From IMG/VR virus record IMGVR_UViG_3300010965_000004, positions 44,708-108,707 of that record: DNA of 64,000 nt, one strand, 5' to 3'. The position numbers and the translations under genes were made by a program. How positions within the stretch are numbered: position 1 is the stretch's first letter; each line of letters starts with the position of its first letter. Shown here one piece after another: positions 28,745-36,885 of this stretch. The DNA is from a virus (taxonomy: Duplodnaviria > Heunggongvirae > Uroviricota > Caudoviricetes). The notes under the pieces were generated by a model. The model was not told the DNA's origin. It worked only from the letters and a program-made list of their open reading frames with translations, and ran no database searches.

Positions 28745-29866
28745 ATGGAACGAAAACTCGTTACAGTAAGAACTGTTTCAGAGCTTGTGCCTATTGAGGG
28801 AGCCGATTTTATTGAAATCGCTAAAATCGATGGGTGGCAATGCGTAGTAAAGAAAGGTGAATTTGCAGTAGGAGAGAAAGGACTTTACTTTGAGATTGAC
28901 TCTTTTCTTCCTGAAGAGGATGAACGATTCAAATTCTTGGAAAAGAACTTTACCAACTATAAAAATAGGCGGGGCGCTCGTATTCGTACTATTAAGTTAA
29001 AGGGGCAACTTTCACAAGGATTGTTGCTTCCCTTAGAGGACTTCCCAGGTTTAATTCAGAAAAATTGGGGAGGAGTATTTGATGATAAGGATTATTCTGA
29101 ACAACTCAAGGTTACTAAGTGGGAACCACCAGAGGCTAATACCGGTGGTAACAACAAATTAACTTGGCTGGGAAGAAAAACCAAGAAGCTTAAATACACC
29201 TGGCTTAAGCCTTTCTTTAACTGGTTAGAGATTAGGTATCCTAACATATTTGCCAGGGGTGGATCCAGGAAGTTCCCTGACTATATACCTAAGACTGACG
29301 AAGAGCGAATTCAGAATCTAATCAATAAGTTAGATCGTACTTTTGATGAATTTTATGAAGCTACTGTTAAGCTAGATGGTTCCTCAATGACTGTTTACCA
29401 TAATCGTGGTAAAACTGGGGTTTGTTCCAGAAACTTTGAATTAGTTAAGGACCCAGAAAACAAGTATTGGGCAACCGCTTTAAAGTATAACATTCCCGAT
29501 GAGATTAAGAAACTGGGTATGAATATTGCAATTCAAGGTGAACTAATGGGCCCTGGTATTCAGGGGAATAAAGAGGGTTTAAAGACGTATGACTTCTTTG
29601 TTTATAAAATCTGGGATATTGACGCTCACGCTTACTTAAGTAATGTAAGACGGGATATAACCTGTGCTAATCTTGGATTAAAACAAGTACCTAGCCTTGG
29701 GTACCATCAGCTGAAAGAATTTCCGGATATTAATGCATTCTTAGCGTTCTCTGAGGGACCCTCACTTTGTTCTGAAATGAGAGAGGGAGTTGTATTCTCT
29801 AAGCTAGATTGCACTCATAGTTTCAAAGTGGTTTCTAATAGTTTTCTACTTAAATATAAGGAATGA
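28745..29866 (+). CDS. ATP-dependent RNA/DNA ligase (Rnl2/Rnl5-like nucleotidyltransferase)
   Basis: 373 aa; motif I ATVKLDGSS, motif IV EGVVFSKLD, IAIQGELMGPG; N-terminal extra domain. Confidence 0.6.
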   Translation: MERKLVTVRTVSELVPIEGADFIEIAKIDGWQCVVKKGEFAVGEKGLYFEIDSFLPEEDERFKFLEKNFTNYKNRRGARIRTIKLKGQLSQGLLLPLEDFPGLIQKNWGGVFDDKDYSEQLKVTKWEPPEANTGGNNKLTWLGRKTKKLKYTWLKPFFNWLEIRYPNIFARGGSRKFPDYIPKTDEERIQNLINKLDRTFDEFYEATVKLDGSSMTVYHNRGKTGVCSRNFELVKDPENKYWATALKYNIPDEIKKLGMNIAIQGELMGPGIQGNKEGLKTYDFFVYKIWDIDAHAYLSNVRRDITCANLGLKQVPSLGYHQLKEFPDINAFLAFSEGPSLCSEMREGVVFSKLDCTHSFKVVSNSFLLKYKE

Positions 29867-29867
29867 T

Positions 29868-30122
29868 ATGACAGAAGCAGAATTTAAAGCCTGGTTTAAG
29901 GGCTTCTCTGAAGCTATGGGGCAAAACCAATTGCCTACATTTGAACAATGGAAACGTATTAAAGAAGAAATTGGGAAACTTAGATCAAGTCCCCAACCGA
30001 CTCCTTTACCTTATCCTACCCCGTACTTCCCCCCAGGAGTAAGAAATCCTTTGGGTCCTGAGAAGTACTATTTAAATGAGCCTTACAAAATTACTTGTGA
30101 TGCGGCTTTAAATAGATGGTAA
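29868..30122 (+). CDS. hypothetical protein
   Basis: 84 aa, Pro-rich C-part. Confidence 0.35.
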   Translation: MTEAEFKAWFKGFSEAMGQNQLPTFEQWKRIKEEIGKLRSSPQPTPLPYPTPYFPPGVRNPLGPEKYYLNEPYKITCDAALNRW

Positions 30123-30128
30123 TTTAAA

Positions 30129-30153
30129 GAGGGGTTTTTACCCCTCTTTTTTT
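30129..30153 (+). terminator. rho-independent terminator
   Basis: GAGGGGTTTTTACCCCTC + TTTTTTT. Confidence 0.65.
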
Positions 30154-30172
30154 AGATTCGAATACCCCGTTT

Positions 30173-30195
30173 TGGTATAAGGAATGTGGAAAGAA
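30173..30195 (+). promoter_or_regulatory. conserved phage promoter
   Basis: TGGTATAAGGAATGTGGAAAG; RBS TAGGAGCCAATCATG. Confidence 0.5.
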
Positions 30196-30224
30196 ACACA
30201 TCATAAACAACCTAGGAGCCAATC

Positions 30225-30587
30225 ATGAAATCGTTGAAATCGTTCTTCATCCTGCTGCTTATGGCGGTGGGTGTTTTGCTGTCTGTTCCGGCACAGGCCG
30301 GGAATCCCAAGAATGAGTGGTATGCGTTTGGCGGAAAAATCTACTGTATGGATAACGAGTCCGACAGAGAGAAATTGACTGCGTATTTGGATGGTCTTTC
30401 AAATGAAGCAGGGAAGAAAACGGGCCAATGGTCCGTACCAATGGAAAAAAGGTTCATTGACACAAGCCAAGGAAACGCCCTTACATGTTCTGTTCGGGGC
30501 CGATGGAACGCTGCTGTCTCTGGTTTTATGCCTTGGCCCAACACGGAAGAGTGTGTGAAGGGTGTACGACGGGACTGTAGTCGCTAG
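30225..30587 (+). CDS. secreted Cys-containing protein (signal peptide), GC-rich moron
   Basis: 120 aa; MKSLKSFFILLLMAVGVLLSVPAQA signal peptide; ~52% GC versus phage ~38%. Confidence 0.5.
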   Translation: MKSLKSFFILLLMAVGVLLSVPAQAGNPKNEWYAFGGKIYCMDNESDREKLTAYLDGLSNEAGKKTGQWSVPMEKRFIDTSQGNALTCSVRGRWNAAVSGFMPWPNTEECVKGVRRDCSR

Positions 30588-30616
30588 TTAATCATCCACC
30601 ATCAAAGGAGCCAAAA

Positions 30617-31018
30617 ATGGGTGACGACGTTCTACTTCCAGTGAAAAACTGGGAGGACCTCTACAAGGAGCTTGGATACATCTCCGCCTGCAGAACTCTG
30701 ATTTGGAGCTTCAACCACGATATCACTCTGGTTGCCAAGCACCCGAATCCAGAGTGCACCTTTGAAACGCTGGTAGCAACCTTCAGAAATCCGGAGACCA
30801 GCGTTCTGCATTGGTGTGTCTGTATCCTGCTTCCTGATGGCTTGCGGGTAAGTCGTGGTATTGGCGTTTATCAGGATGATTCGGATGACATGATTACGGA
30901 AGATAACTACTCCCGTAGCCTGGAAAGCCCAATCTTCTCTGTGGAACCCACGGACGACGAGCTCAAAGAAGAAGCCTGGCAAGTAATCGCCAACTTCCTC
31001 GAAGCATCTGGGGCGTGA
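30617..31018 (+). CDS. hypothetical protein, GC-rich moron
   Basis: 133 aa; RBS AAAGGAGCCAAAAATG. Confidence 0.45.
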   Translation: MGDDVLLPVKNWEDLYKELGYISACRTLIWSFNHDITLVAKHPNPECTFETLVATFRNPETSVLHWCVCILLPDGLRVSRGIGVYQDDSDDMITEDNYSRSLESPIFSVEPTDDELKEEAWQVIANFLEASGA

Positions 31019-31095
31019 ACACGAAGGTATGAATCAGGGGTTATGATCCTGGTTCTTTACCCCAAACGCTTTGTTTGAATATTGGGTTAAAATCC

Positions 31096-31118
31096 TGGTA
31101 TAAGAAGAATGTAGAGAA
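31096..31118 (+). promoter_or_regulatory. conserved phage promoter driving tmRNA
   Basis: TGGTATAAGAAGAATGTAGAGAAAG - best match to consensus. Confidence 0.5.
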
Positions 31119-31185
31119 AGTTAGATGTCTCTATAAAATCCGGACTGCCCTTTGGGTGGTGGAATAATCCGGCACGAAGACCACT

Positions 31186-31270
31186 ATCCTTTGGGTCTTC
31201 AAAAAATGATCGTAAACCTTTCCAAGGAAAGGTCTGTTGGACGCGGGTTCGACTCCCGCCAGCTCCACCA
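31186..31270 (+). ncRNA. ssrA: tmRNA acceptor piece (3' tRNA-like half: T-arm + 3' acceptor strand + CCA)
   Basis: GGACGCGGGTTCGACTCCCGCCAGCTCCACCA near-identical to the E. coli tmRNA 3' end; lies upstream of the GGGGCUG 5' end, so the gene is permuted. Confidence 0.6.
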
Positions 31271-31353
31271 AAAAAACCTAGATTGGCTTAGTTGGCTAAA
31301 GCTAATTTTCTAAACTACGTGTAAGTCGTAGTGCCTGTTAGGGTTTTTCTGAT

Positions 31354-31640
31354 GGGGCTGTACCTGGTTTCGACAGCGGATTGATGTACGAAGAGTAGGC
31401 GATCCGAGGGGCATTCCTCGTAAAAATAGCAAATGCAATAAATGCCGCTAATGATAGCAGCTTCGCCCAGGTCCGCCTCGCGGCCTGATAGGTGAATGGG
31501 GTAGCCACTCTAATATCCAATAGCATAGGTATACTATGCGTTGGTGTGTTAGCCTTATTAACCAAAGGTGGCAACAATTCTACTCTGTATCTGCCGAGGG
31601 GAACCGTTCAACGAACAATAAATCTTCGTTGTTACCAAGT
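31354..31640 (+). ncRNA. ssrA: tmRNA coding piece (5' acceptor strand GGGGCUG, tag reading frame, pseudoknot region); 3' boundary approximate
   Basis: GGGGCTGTACCTGGTTTCGAC...; CTCGTAAAAATAGCAAAT then GCA AAT GCA ATA AAT GCC GCT AAT GAT AGC AGC TTC GCC CAG GTC CGC CTC GCG GCC TGA = ANAINAANDSSFAQVRLAA*; G3:U70 with acceptor piece. Confidence 0.55.
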
Positions 31641-31949
31641 CGGCGGCGTCATAACCAGGAACTAGCAATCCTGTACGCCATAGGTTGTCACGGCAATAGC
31701 TGTTGCAGAGGGAAAAACGTAACCCCTTTTTCATGCCTAAAAAGGTTTTAGATAGGGACTTCACGAAAAGTCGGGGCCAAACCAAAGGACCTACAACTAT
31801 TGAGGGCTGGAACTCCCTTTCTTAGGAAAACGTCGCTTACGTCCAGGTAAGAGGAGGAAATGTTTTTAACCTTCGCTCTTAGCAAATCCTCACCTGATTA
31901 TAGTGTAGTACCTATCTAAAACCTTTTCTCAATGCCCTAGTTGCTAAAC

Positions 31950-31972
31950 TGGTATAAGCAATGTTTATGAGC
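31950..31972 (+). promoter_or_regulatory. conserved phage promoter
   Basis: TGGTATAAGCAATGTTTATGAG; structured leader before GTG 32079. Confidence 0.4.
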
Positions 31973-32078
31973 ACTCAAGCAAAGGTCGACTGCTGCTTGA
32001 GGATCTCGGGATGTTTGCCGACGGGCATGGAGGTTCGATTCCTCTCTAGGGCAGCCTAACAATCACAGGAGAAAAAAT

Positions 32079-32294
32079 GTGAACTTAATTTTGGATTTTA
32101 TTCAAGGGTTATTGGTCACAACTATGATCCTTTGTGTAATCCTTCTGGTTAGAAATCAATGGGTTTACAAACAACGTGGCAAATTTCTTGACGATCATGG
32201 ATGGAGAGAATATAATCAGTTGCTCTCCTATAATGACATGATGTTCAAATGGTGGGTTTGGGACATTAACAAGCTCAGAAAATCCAACCTTTAA
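32079..32294 (+). CDS. small membrane protein
   Basis: 71 aa, GTG start, TM helix ILDFIQGLLVTTMILCVILLV; RBS AGGAG. Confidence 0.35.
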   Translation: MNLILDFIQGLLVTTMILCVILLVRNQWVYKQRGKFLDDHGWREYNQLLSYNDMMFKWWVWDINKLRKSNL

Positions 32295-32471
32295 CCCTTT
32301 TGCAAAGGACAGGTGTTTGATTGTGCACGGAGGGCCCCATCCCCTAGTCTGTACACTTAACCTGAGCACTTGAAAACTCGGGACTATCACTACGTTCGAT
32401 ACGTAGCCTTTGCACCCCTTCCATCGTTGGCCCCAAATCCAAGATTCTATCTTGGTTGGTGGCACCCCCGT

Positions 32472-32508
32472 CCCCCGGTCTATTAAGCTAGGCCGGGGGA
32501 TTTTATTT
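32472..32508 (+). terminator. rho-independent terminator
   Basis: CCCCCGG-loop-CCGGGGG + ATTTTATTT. Confidence 0.5.
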
Positions 32509-32517
32509 AGGATAATC

Positions 32518-33150
32518 ATGAGCAAAACTTTAGGCGAATTACTGAAAGAAAAGTTTGAGGAAGCAGACAGGAAGGCTGGAGTTGTTCGCGTCATTAGGCT
32601 TCCATCTGTTAACCATTTTTACCCTGAAGATCATTTTCTCGATAGCCAAATTTGTGTTATTGGTGGTTCCAATCCTTGCAACGAAATTTCTCTCTCACAA
32701 AGGAGCAACAACATGGACGTACAAAAACTCATCAACCTGGCCGATCCGAGCTGGAAGAAGGACATGGAGGATCTCGGCCTTGTTTCCAACTCTGTCGATG
32801 GCGACGAGCTCACTGCGGAACTTCAACGCCAGATCGAAGAAGACCGTTCAAAGGCCGTCAAGCAGGCCGCTACCGAAATTCTGGCTCTTGGCCGTCGCAA
32901 GCAGAGCTATCTGAACCAGCGGCTGCTTGAACTTCGTGAAGTCCGGGCACAAGAAAAGCGTATCCTGGTCGACATGAAATCCATCGAGGAAGCCTGGGTT
33001 TACGGGCAAAAGACCCGGAATTACATTCCGCTTGGTCTGAAGGTCGGCTCCATCAGCTTCTTCCAAGTCCAGGGTATGGATTCGGCCTTGCTCAAGGTTC
33101 AGCCTCTTCCGGCTGAAGCCAAACCGGAAGCCAAACCAGAAGCCAAGTAG
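32518..33150 (+). CDS. hypothetical protein; GC-rich C-terminal part may be a separate gene from 32713
   Basis: one frame 32518-33150; AT-rich to 32712, then RBS AAGGAG + ATG 32713 and GC-rich coding (MDVQKLINLADPSW..., C-terminal AEAKPEAKPEAK). Confidence 0.4.
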   Translation: MSKTLGELLKEKFEEADRKAGVVRVIRLPSVNHFYPEDHFLDSQICVIGGSNPCNEISLSQRSNNMDVQKLINLADPSWKKDMEDLGLVSNSVDGDELTAELQRQIEEDRSKAVKQAATEILALGRRKQSYLNQRLLELREVRAQEKRILVDMKSIEEAWVYGQKTRNYIPLGLKVGSISFFQVQGMDSALLKVQPLPAEAKPEAKPEAK

Positions 33151-33548
33151 TCTGCTAGGGACAGTCCCGCGAATGCCGGGACCGGGAGGATGATTTGGAA
33201 ACGTTTACTCCAGTCCTCCCGCTCCGCTTAAGGATTGCTTTTACCAGTTATGCAATGCCTATGTTCAGCTAATTCGCTTACGAAAACTAGGTCTGAACTT
33301 ATTAAACTGGAAATTATATATAGTAACACCTAAATGAGACTAAGTGGCCTGACCGCCAAGCTTCATGCACAAAAGTCATCCAACCTGGTAGATCCTTGTG
33401 ACAGTCTAGGTTAAGAGAAATCGAGGGGCTTGAATTACTTATAGTTTGAATACTATATATTGGAACTAGCTCCTAAGACTAATCTTATCCTGCCTTGAGA
33501 AGTTTCAGTACAGGATGGGATGCCATCTTTAATTAACAAGGAATTTAT

Positions 33549-34046
33549 ATGGAATACGCATTACTGTTTTATGGGGTTTCAATTTTGAATAACCTCAAGG
33601 ATATTTTTGGGATATTTGAATTCCTCTTCACCGTGGCAGTAATCATCCTTTTCATTGCTCGGCTCATTTGCTGGACTGAAAGATGTGACAGTTGGGAAAA
33701 GGATAAAACAGATGAGGAATTAGCTCCAGGCTTTAAAGCAACTCACGGAGCTATTAAGAAAAGCTTTACCGCTTTTTTGACATTGCTCATTGTTGTTTTC
33801 TTTCTTGATGCTATCCTTCCATCCAAGAAAGACGCAATGGTAATTGTTGCTGGGATCGGGGTGGTAGAAGCGATAAAATCAGAAACCGTTAAATCGGTTG
33901 GTTCAAAGTCTGTTGCTGTAGTTGAAAAGTGGCTGGATGAACAATTGGCGGAAACTGGTAAGAAAGCCGTTAATGAAGCGTCAAAAGCTGCTGTTGAAGC
34001 TGGTAAGGAAGCTGTAAAAGAAGCTGTAAAAGAAGTACTGAAGTAA
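33549..34046 (+). CDS. membrane protein with Lys/Ala/Glu-rich C-terminal repeats
   Basis: 165 aa, two TM helices, C-terminal KAAVEAGKEAVKEAVKE. Confidence 0.45.
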   Translation: MEYALLFYGVSILNNLKDIFGIFEFLFTVAVIILFIARLICWTERCDSWEKDKTDEELAPGFKATHGAIKKSFTAFLTLLIVVFFLDAILPSKKDAMVIVAGIGVVEAIKSETVKSVGSKSVAVVEKWLDEQLAETGKKAVNEASKAAVEAGKEAVKEAVKEVLK

Positions 34047-34109
34047 ACGTTGCATGTTAAGGGGAATACTCCCATTTTCTTTCGTAGTTCAATCCGTAAG
34101 GAGTCACAA

Positions 34110-34532
34110 ATGTCACAAGAGCAATTGTTGAAAGCTGCTGTTCCCTCATTGGCCGAAGAAATCGGTACCGCTGGTGCCAATCTTCCCAATCTCGCTGGCC
34201 TCGCCTCCGCCGCTATCGCCAAAGCCCAGGAAGAACTGGTCAAGGGCCTGACCGCTGAGTTCGAAGTTGTCATGGTTGCCGCCGATGCCAAGATCGAAGG
34301 TCTTGTCAATCAGCGTACCTCCCTGCAAAAGTCCCTGGACAAGGTCAATGCCGATATGTCGGCCACGGTTCTGAAAAAGACCTTTGCCGCCCAGACCAAC
34401 AACCTGTTCCCGCTTCGCAAGGACATCGGTATGCCGACCAATCCTTCGATCCTGGCCCGGTTCCCGAAGATCGACGCCGTTCCCGAAGACTGGGTTCCCA
34501 CCGTTACCTCCGTGGTTCCGGCTGCACGGTAA
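34110..34532 (+). CDS. hypothetical protein, GC-rich moron
   Basis: 140 aa from ATG 34110 (RBS AAGGAG); ~58% GC. Confidence 0.45.
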   Translation: MSQEQLLKAAVPSLAEEIGTAGANLPNLAGLASAAIAKAQEELVKGLTAEFEVVMVAADAKIEGLVNQRTSLQKSLDKVNADMSATVLKKTFAAQTNNLFPLRKDIGMPTNPSILARFPKIDAVPEDWVPTVTSVVPAAR

Positions 34533-34547
34533 CACGATAACACGATT

Positions 34548-34624
34548 TGCGGGATAGAGCAGTTGGTCAGCTCGTTAGCCTCATAAGCTAAAGGTCAGGG
34601 GTTCGAGTCCCCTTCCCGCTACCA
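34548..34624 (+). tRNA. tRNA(CAU) Met or Ile2
   Basis: cloverleaf; anticodon loop CTCATAA; T-arm AGGGGTTCGAGTCCCCT; CCA encoded; U1-U72 mispair. Confidence 0.65.
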
Positions 34625-34975
34625 GTGTTTTTAATAAGCAGACTTCCCATAATGATTCCTCTCATATGGTGAGAAGCTAGTCCAGGAGTGGACTCTGCCA
34701 AATAACTCAGCAACTGACCAGTGAAGGTCAGTTTCTAGAGAGCGTAGCTCATGCAGAATAACTGCGACTACTGAATCGGATGGCTCCTATAGGTAAGAGC
34801 TACGTTCTCCAGAAACTGACTAACAAACGAATTACAAGTAGAAGTCCTAGCGGGTATATGTGCCCCTACGCTGGGGTGGATGTATCCGGTGGCCTGGCAG
34901 CTACGAGAACATTTCATGCCAGGGGATAGGAGGACTAGGATGACTACTTGGGATTTCAACTAGGGAAAATTATGA
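34625..34975 (+). ncRNA. candidate structured non-coding RNA
   Basis: ORF-free; nested inverted repeats incl. a 22-bp near-perfect pair CAGTTTCTAGAGAGCGTAGCTC / GAGCTACGTTCTCCAGAAACTG and CCTGGCA..TGCCAGG. Confidence 0.3.
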
Positions 34976-35163
34976 AAAAAACTGTTTTGATATCTGATGT
35001 TCAAGTGGTAATTGAGGAACTTCGTAAAGTTGCGGATGCTGAACAGACAAATATTCAACAATGTAATTACAGAAACGATAGAACAAGTGCTGAATATCAC
35101 TCTGGGGTAAGACTAGGAATTTTGAATTCCTGTTTGTCCCTAGAGCGTTCACTCCATATTTAA
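34972..35163 (+). CDS. hypothetical small protein
   Basis: ~63 aa from ATG 34972. Confidence 0.3.
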   Translation: MKKTVLISDVQVVIEELRKVADAEQTNIQQCNYRNDRTSAEYHSGVRLGILNSCLSLERSLHI

Positions 35164-35338
35164 TCCAACCCCTGACTGTGGCCACGGTCTTGGCAAGGAA
35201 ATCTTGAAAGGATTAAACGTGTACAGACTAGAGTGTTGCACCAGGCTACTAGTTCCAAGAGCCTGCCAAAAAGGAACACCCGGCAGTTGACCAGCGTCAT
35301 GAACTGGGATATACTATTAGGGTTGAAAAAAGAAAGTT

Positions 35339-35373
35339 GCCCGAGTGGGGAAATTGGTAAACCCAGCGGACTT
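35339..35373 (+). tRNA. tRNA-Leu(UAA) 5' exon (acceptor, D-arm, anticodon stem 5' strand through U34)
   Basis: GCCCGAG-T-G-GGG-AAATTGGTAAA-CCC-A-GCGGA-CTT; pairs with 3' exon at 36110-36159. Confidence 0.7.
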
Positions 35374-36109
35374 TACTTCTTTTGTAAATTTTATGTTAAA
35401 ATATGTGTATACCTAAAAGGAACACATATGGAAAGTTTAATTTGCAAAGAATGCGGTGATCAAAGAGAATCTGGTAGACGTTTATGTAAAAAATGTAATT
35501 CACGGAGGATAAATTCCTATCCAAGATACACTTGGACAAAAGAATGTCCTGCTTGCAAAAATGAATTTCAAGCTTGGAGAAAACATCAGTTATTATGTGT
35601 GGGTTGTTATAGATTATCCGACGAACTAAGGTCGAAATCTTTAAGCACAAATAATTATGTCTATCTGAAGCAGCCCGGAAGAACCGAACATAGATTTATT
35701 GCAGAAACTGTACTGGGACGTAGCTTACAAACTAATGAGCTAGTTCATCATATTGATGATAACCCAAAAAACAATGATGTAATAAATTTACTGATTTTGG
35801 ATAGAAGGGCACATGGTCGGTTACATAGGTATCTTGATCAGCAAAGAGTCATATTGGAGAAATCCAATAGTGAGAATTTCGAGAATTGCTGGAAAGCCCT
35901 TATAGCTCCTATGACTACAACATGGTTGGAAACGACGGGTGTGAAAGTTATAAAACTATGGGAGATTGGGTAATCAGCAGCCGAGCCTCTAAAGTGAAAA
36001 CAATGGGGAAGGTTCAGAGACTATGCACGAAATACCTGACCATTTAGTTGAAGGTAATGATATAGTCCAGACTACAACAGAAATGGCTAATGAAAATTAG
36101 AGTAGTAGG
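35374..36109 (+). mobile_element. group I intron in anticodon loop of tRNA-Leu(UAA) (between U34 and A35)
   Basis: exons assemble into a perfect type II tRNA; intron 3' core GTTCAGAGACTATG (R-like) and AATGATATAGTCC (S/P7), terminal G. Confidence 0.7.
35428..35973 (+). CDS. HNH homing endonuclease (intron-encoded)
   Basis: 181 aa; N-terminal Cys clusters; ELVHHIDDNPKNNDVINLLILDRRAHGRLH HNH motif. Confidence 0.65.
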   Translation: MESLICKECGDQRESGRRLCKKCNSRRINSYPRYTWTKECPACKNEFQAWRKHQLLCVGCYRLSDELRSKSLSTNNYVYLKQPGRTEHRFIAETVLGRSLQTNELVHHIDDNPKNNDVINLLILDRRAHGRLHRYLDQQRVILEKSNSENFENCWKALIAPMTTTWLETTGVKVIKLWEIG

Positions 36110-36159
36110 AAAATCCGCCGCCTTTTGGCTTACCGGTTCGATTCCGGTCTCGGGCACCA
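36110..36159 (+). tRNA. tRNA-Leu(UAA) 3' exon
   Basis: AAAA-TCCGC-var arm-ACCGGTTCGATTCCGGT-CTCGGGC-A-CCA; TCCGC pairs with GCGGA, CTCGGGC with GCCCGAG. Confidence 0.7.
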
Positions 36160-36203
36160 ATAACCAAAGGAACTCACAGTTCTTTTTTTCCTTAGGAAAG
36201 TAA

Positions 36204-36671
36204 ATGATTTTTCTAGACCTAGATGGAACCGTAGCTAATTTCAACAAGAAGGCCGGAGAGGTCTTGGGTGAAGAATTTGAGGGTTGTAATAATGACATAG
36301 CCTGGGAAACATTAGCCAAGTATTGTCCAACTCTATATCGTGACCTGGAACTTCTTCCAGATGCCCAGGAACTCATTAACTTTATATGGCCACAACATTT
36401 TGAGATTCTCACTGCTATTCCTAAAAAGGCTATTTTCCCAAATGTAACCCAACATAAAAGAGACTGGGTTAGGAAGAATATAGACCCCAAGATTTACGTA
36501 AATTTTGGACCATATTCCATAGACAAACAATATCATTGTCGCAATAATAGCAATGTGTTAATTGATGACAATCATATGTGCGTTGATCAATGGATAGGAG
36601 CCGGAGGAATTGGCATACTTCATACCGATGCTAAATCCACGATTCGGGAACTGAAAAAAATAGGATATTAG
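36204..36671 (+). CDS. HAD-family 5'(3')-deoxyribonucleotidase-like protein
   Basis: 155 aa; MIFLDLDGTVA motif I, VLIDDN motif. Confidence 0.5.
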   Translation: MIFLDLDGTVANFNKKAGEVLGEEFEGCNNDIAWETLAKYCPTLYRDLELLPDAQELINFIWPQHFEILTAIPKKAIFPNVTQHKRDWVRKNIDPKIYVNFGPYSIDKQYHCRNNSNVLIDDNHMCVDQWIGAGGIGILHTDAKSTIRELKKIGY

Positions 36672-36672
36672 G

Positions 36673-36695
36673 CCTTTTCTTGGTATAAGTATATT
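36673..36695 (+). promoter_or_regulatory. conserved phage promoter
   Basis: TGGTATAAGTATATTGGAAGAG. Confidence 0.4.
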
Positions 36696-36799
36696 GGAAG
36701 AGATAATCGGTGTTAAAATACCTTTAAGAGACTCCTCTTATTGATTGACATTCTCAGTCCTTCCAAATCCCCCCTTTTTAGTTTTAGCTCAGGCTTGTT

Positions 36800-36867
36800 C
36801 ATATAATGGCTTATTATGCCGGGTTGTCTCCTCGGTCATAAGAGTTCGATTCTCTTACAGGTAGCCA
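36800..36867 (+). tRNA. degenerate tRNA-like element (possible tRNA-Asp GUC remnant) ending in CCA
   Basis: CCGGG-TTGTCTC-CTCGG anticodon-arm-like hairpin, AAGAGTTCGATTCTCTT T-arm, ACAGGTA-G-CCA; no canonical D-arm or 5' acceptor strand. Confidence 0.25.
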
Positions 36868-36885
36868 TATTTTATTGGAAAGAAA

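Noticed and set aside
31236-31270. tmRNA-like 3' end first read as a tRNA/tmRNA-derived attP fragment (ssrA is a common integration site)
   Set aside because: A complete tmRNA 5' domain with tag frame follows 85 nt downstream, and no integrase is present; the permuted-tmRNA explanation fits better
31973-32056. tRNA-like T-arm GGAGGTTCGATTCCTCT with flanking CCCTAG/CTAGGG pairing
   Set aside because: The putative 5' acceptor strand lies 110 nt upstream across a promoter; no D or anticodon arm; considered a structured leader, not a tRNA
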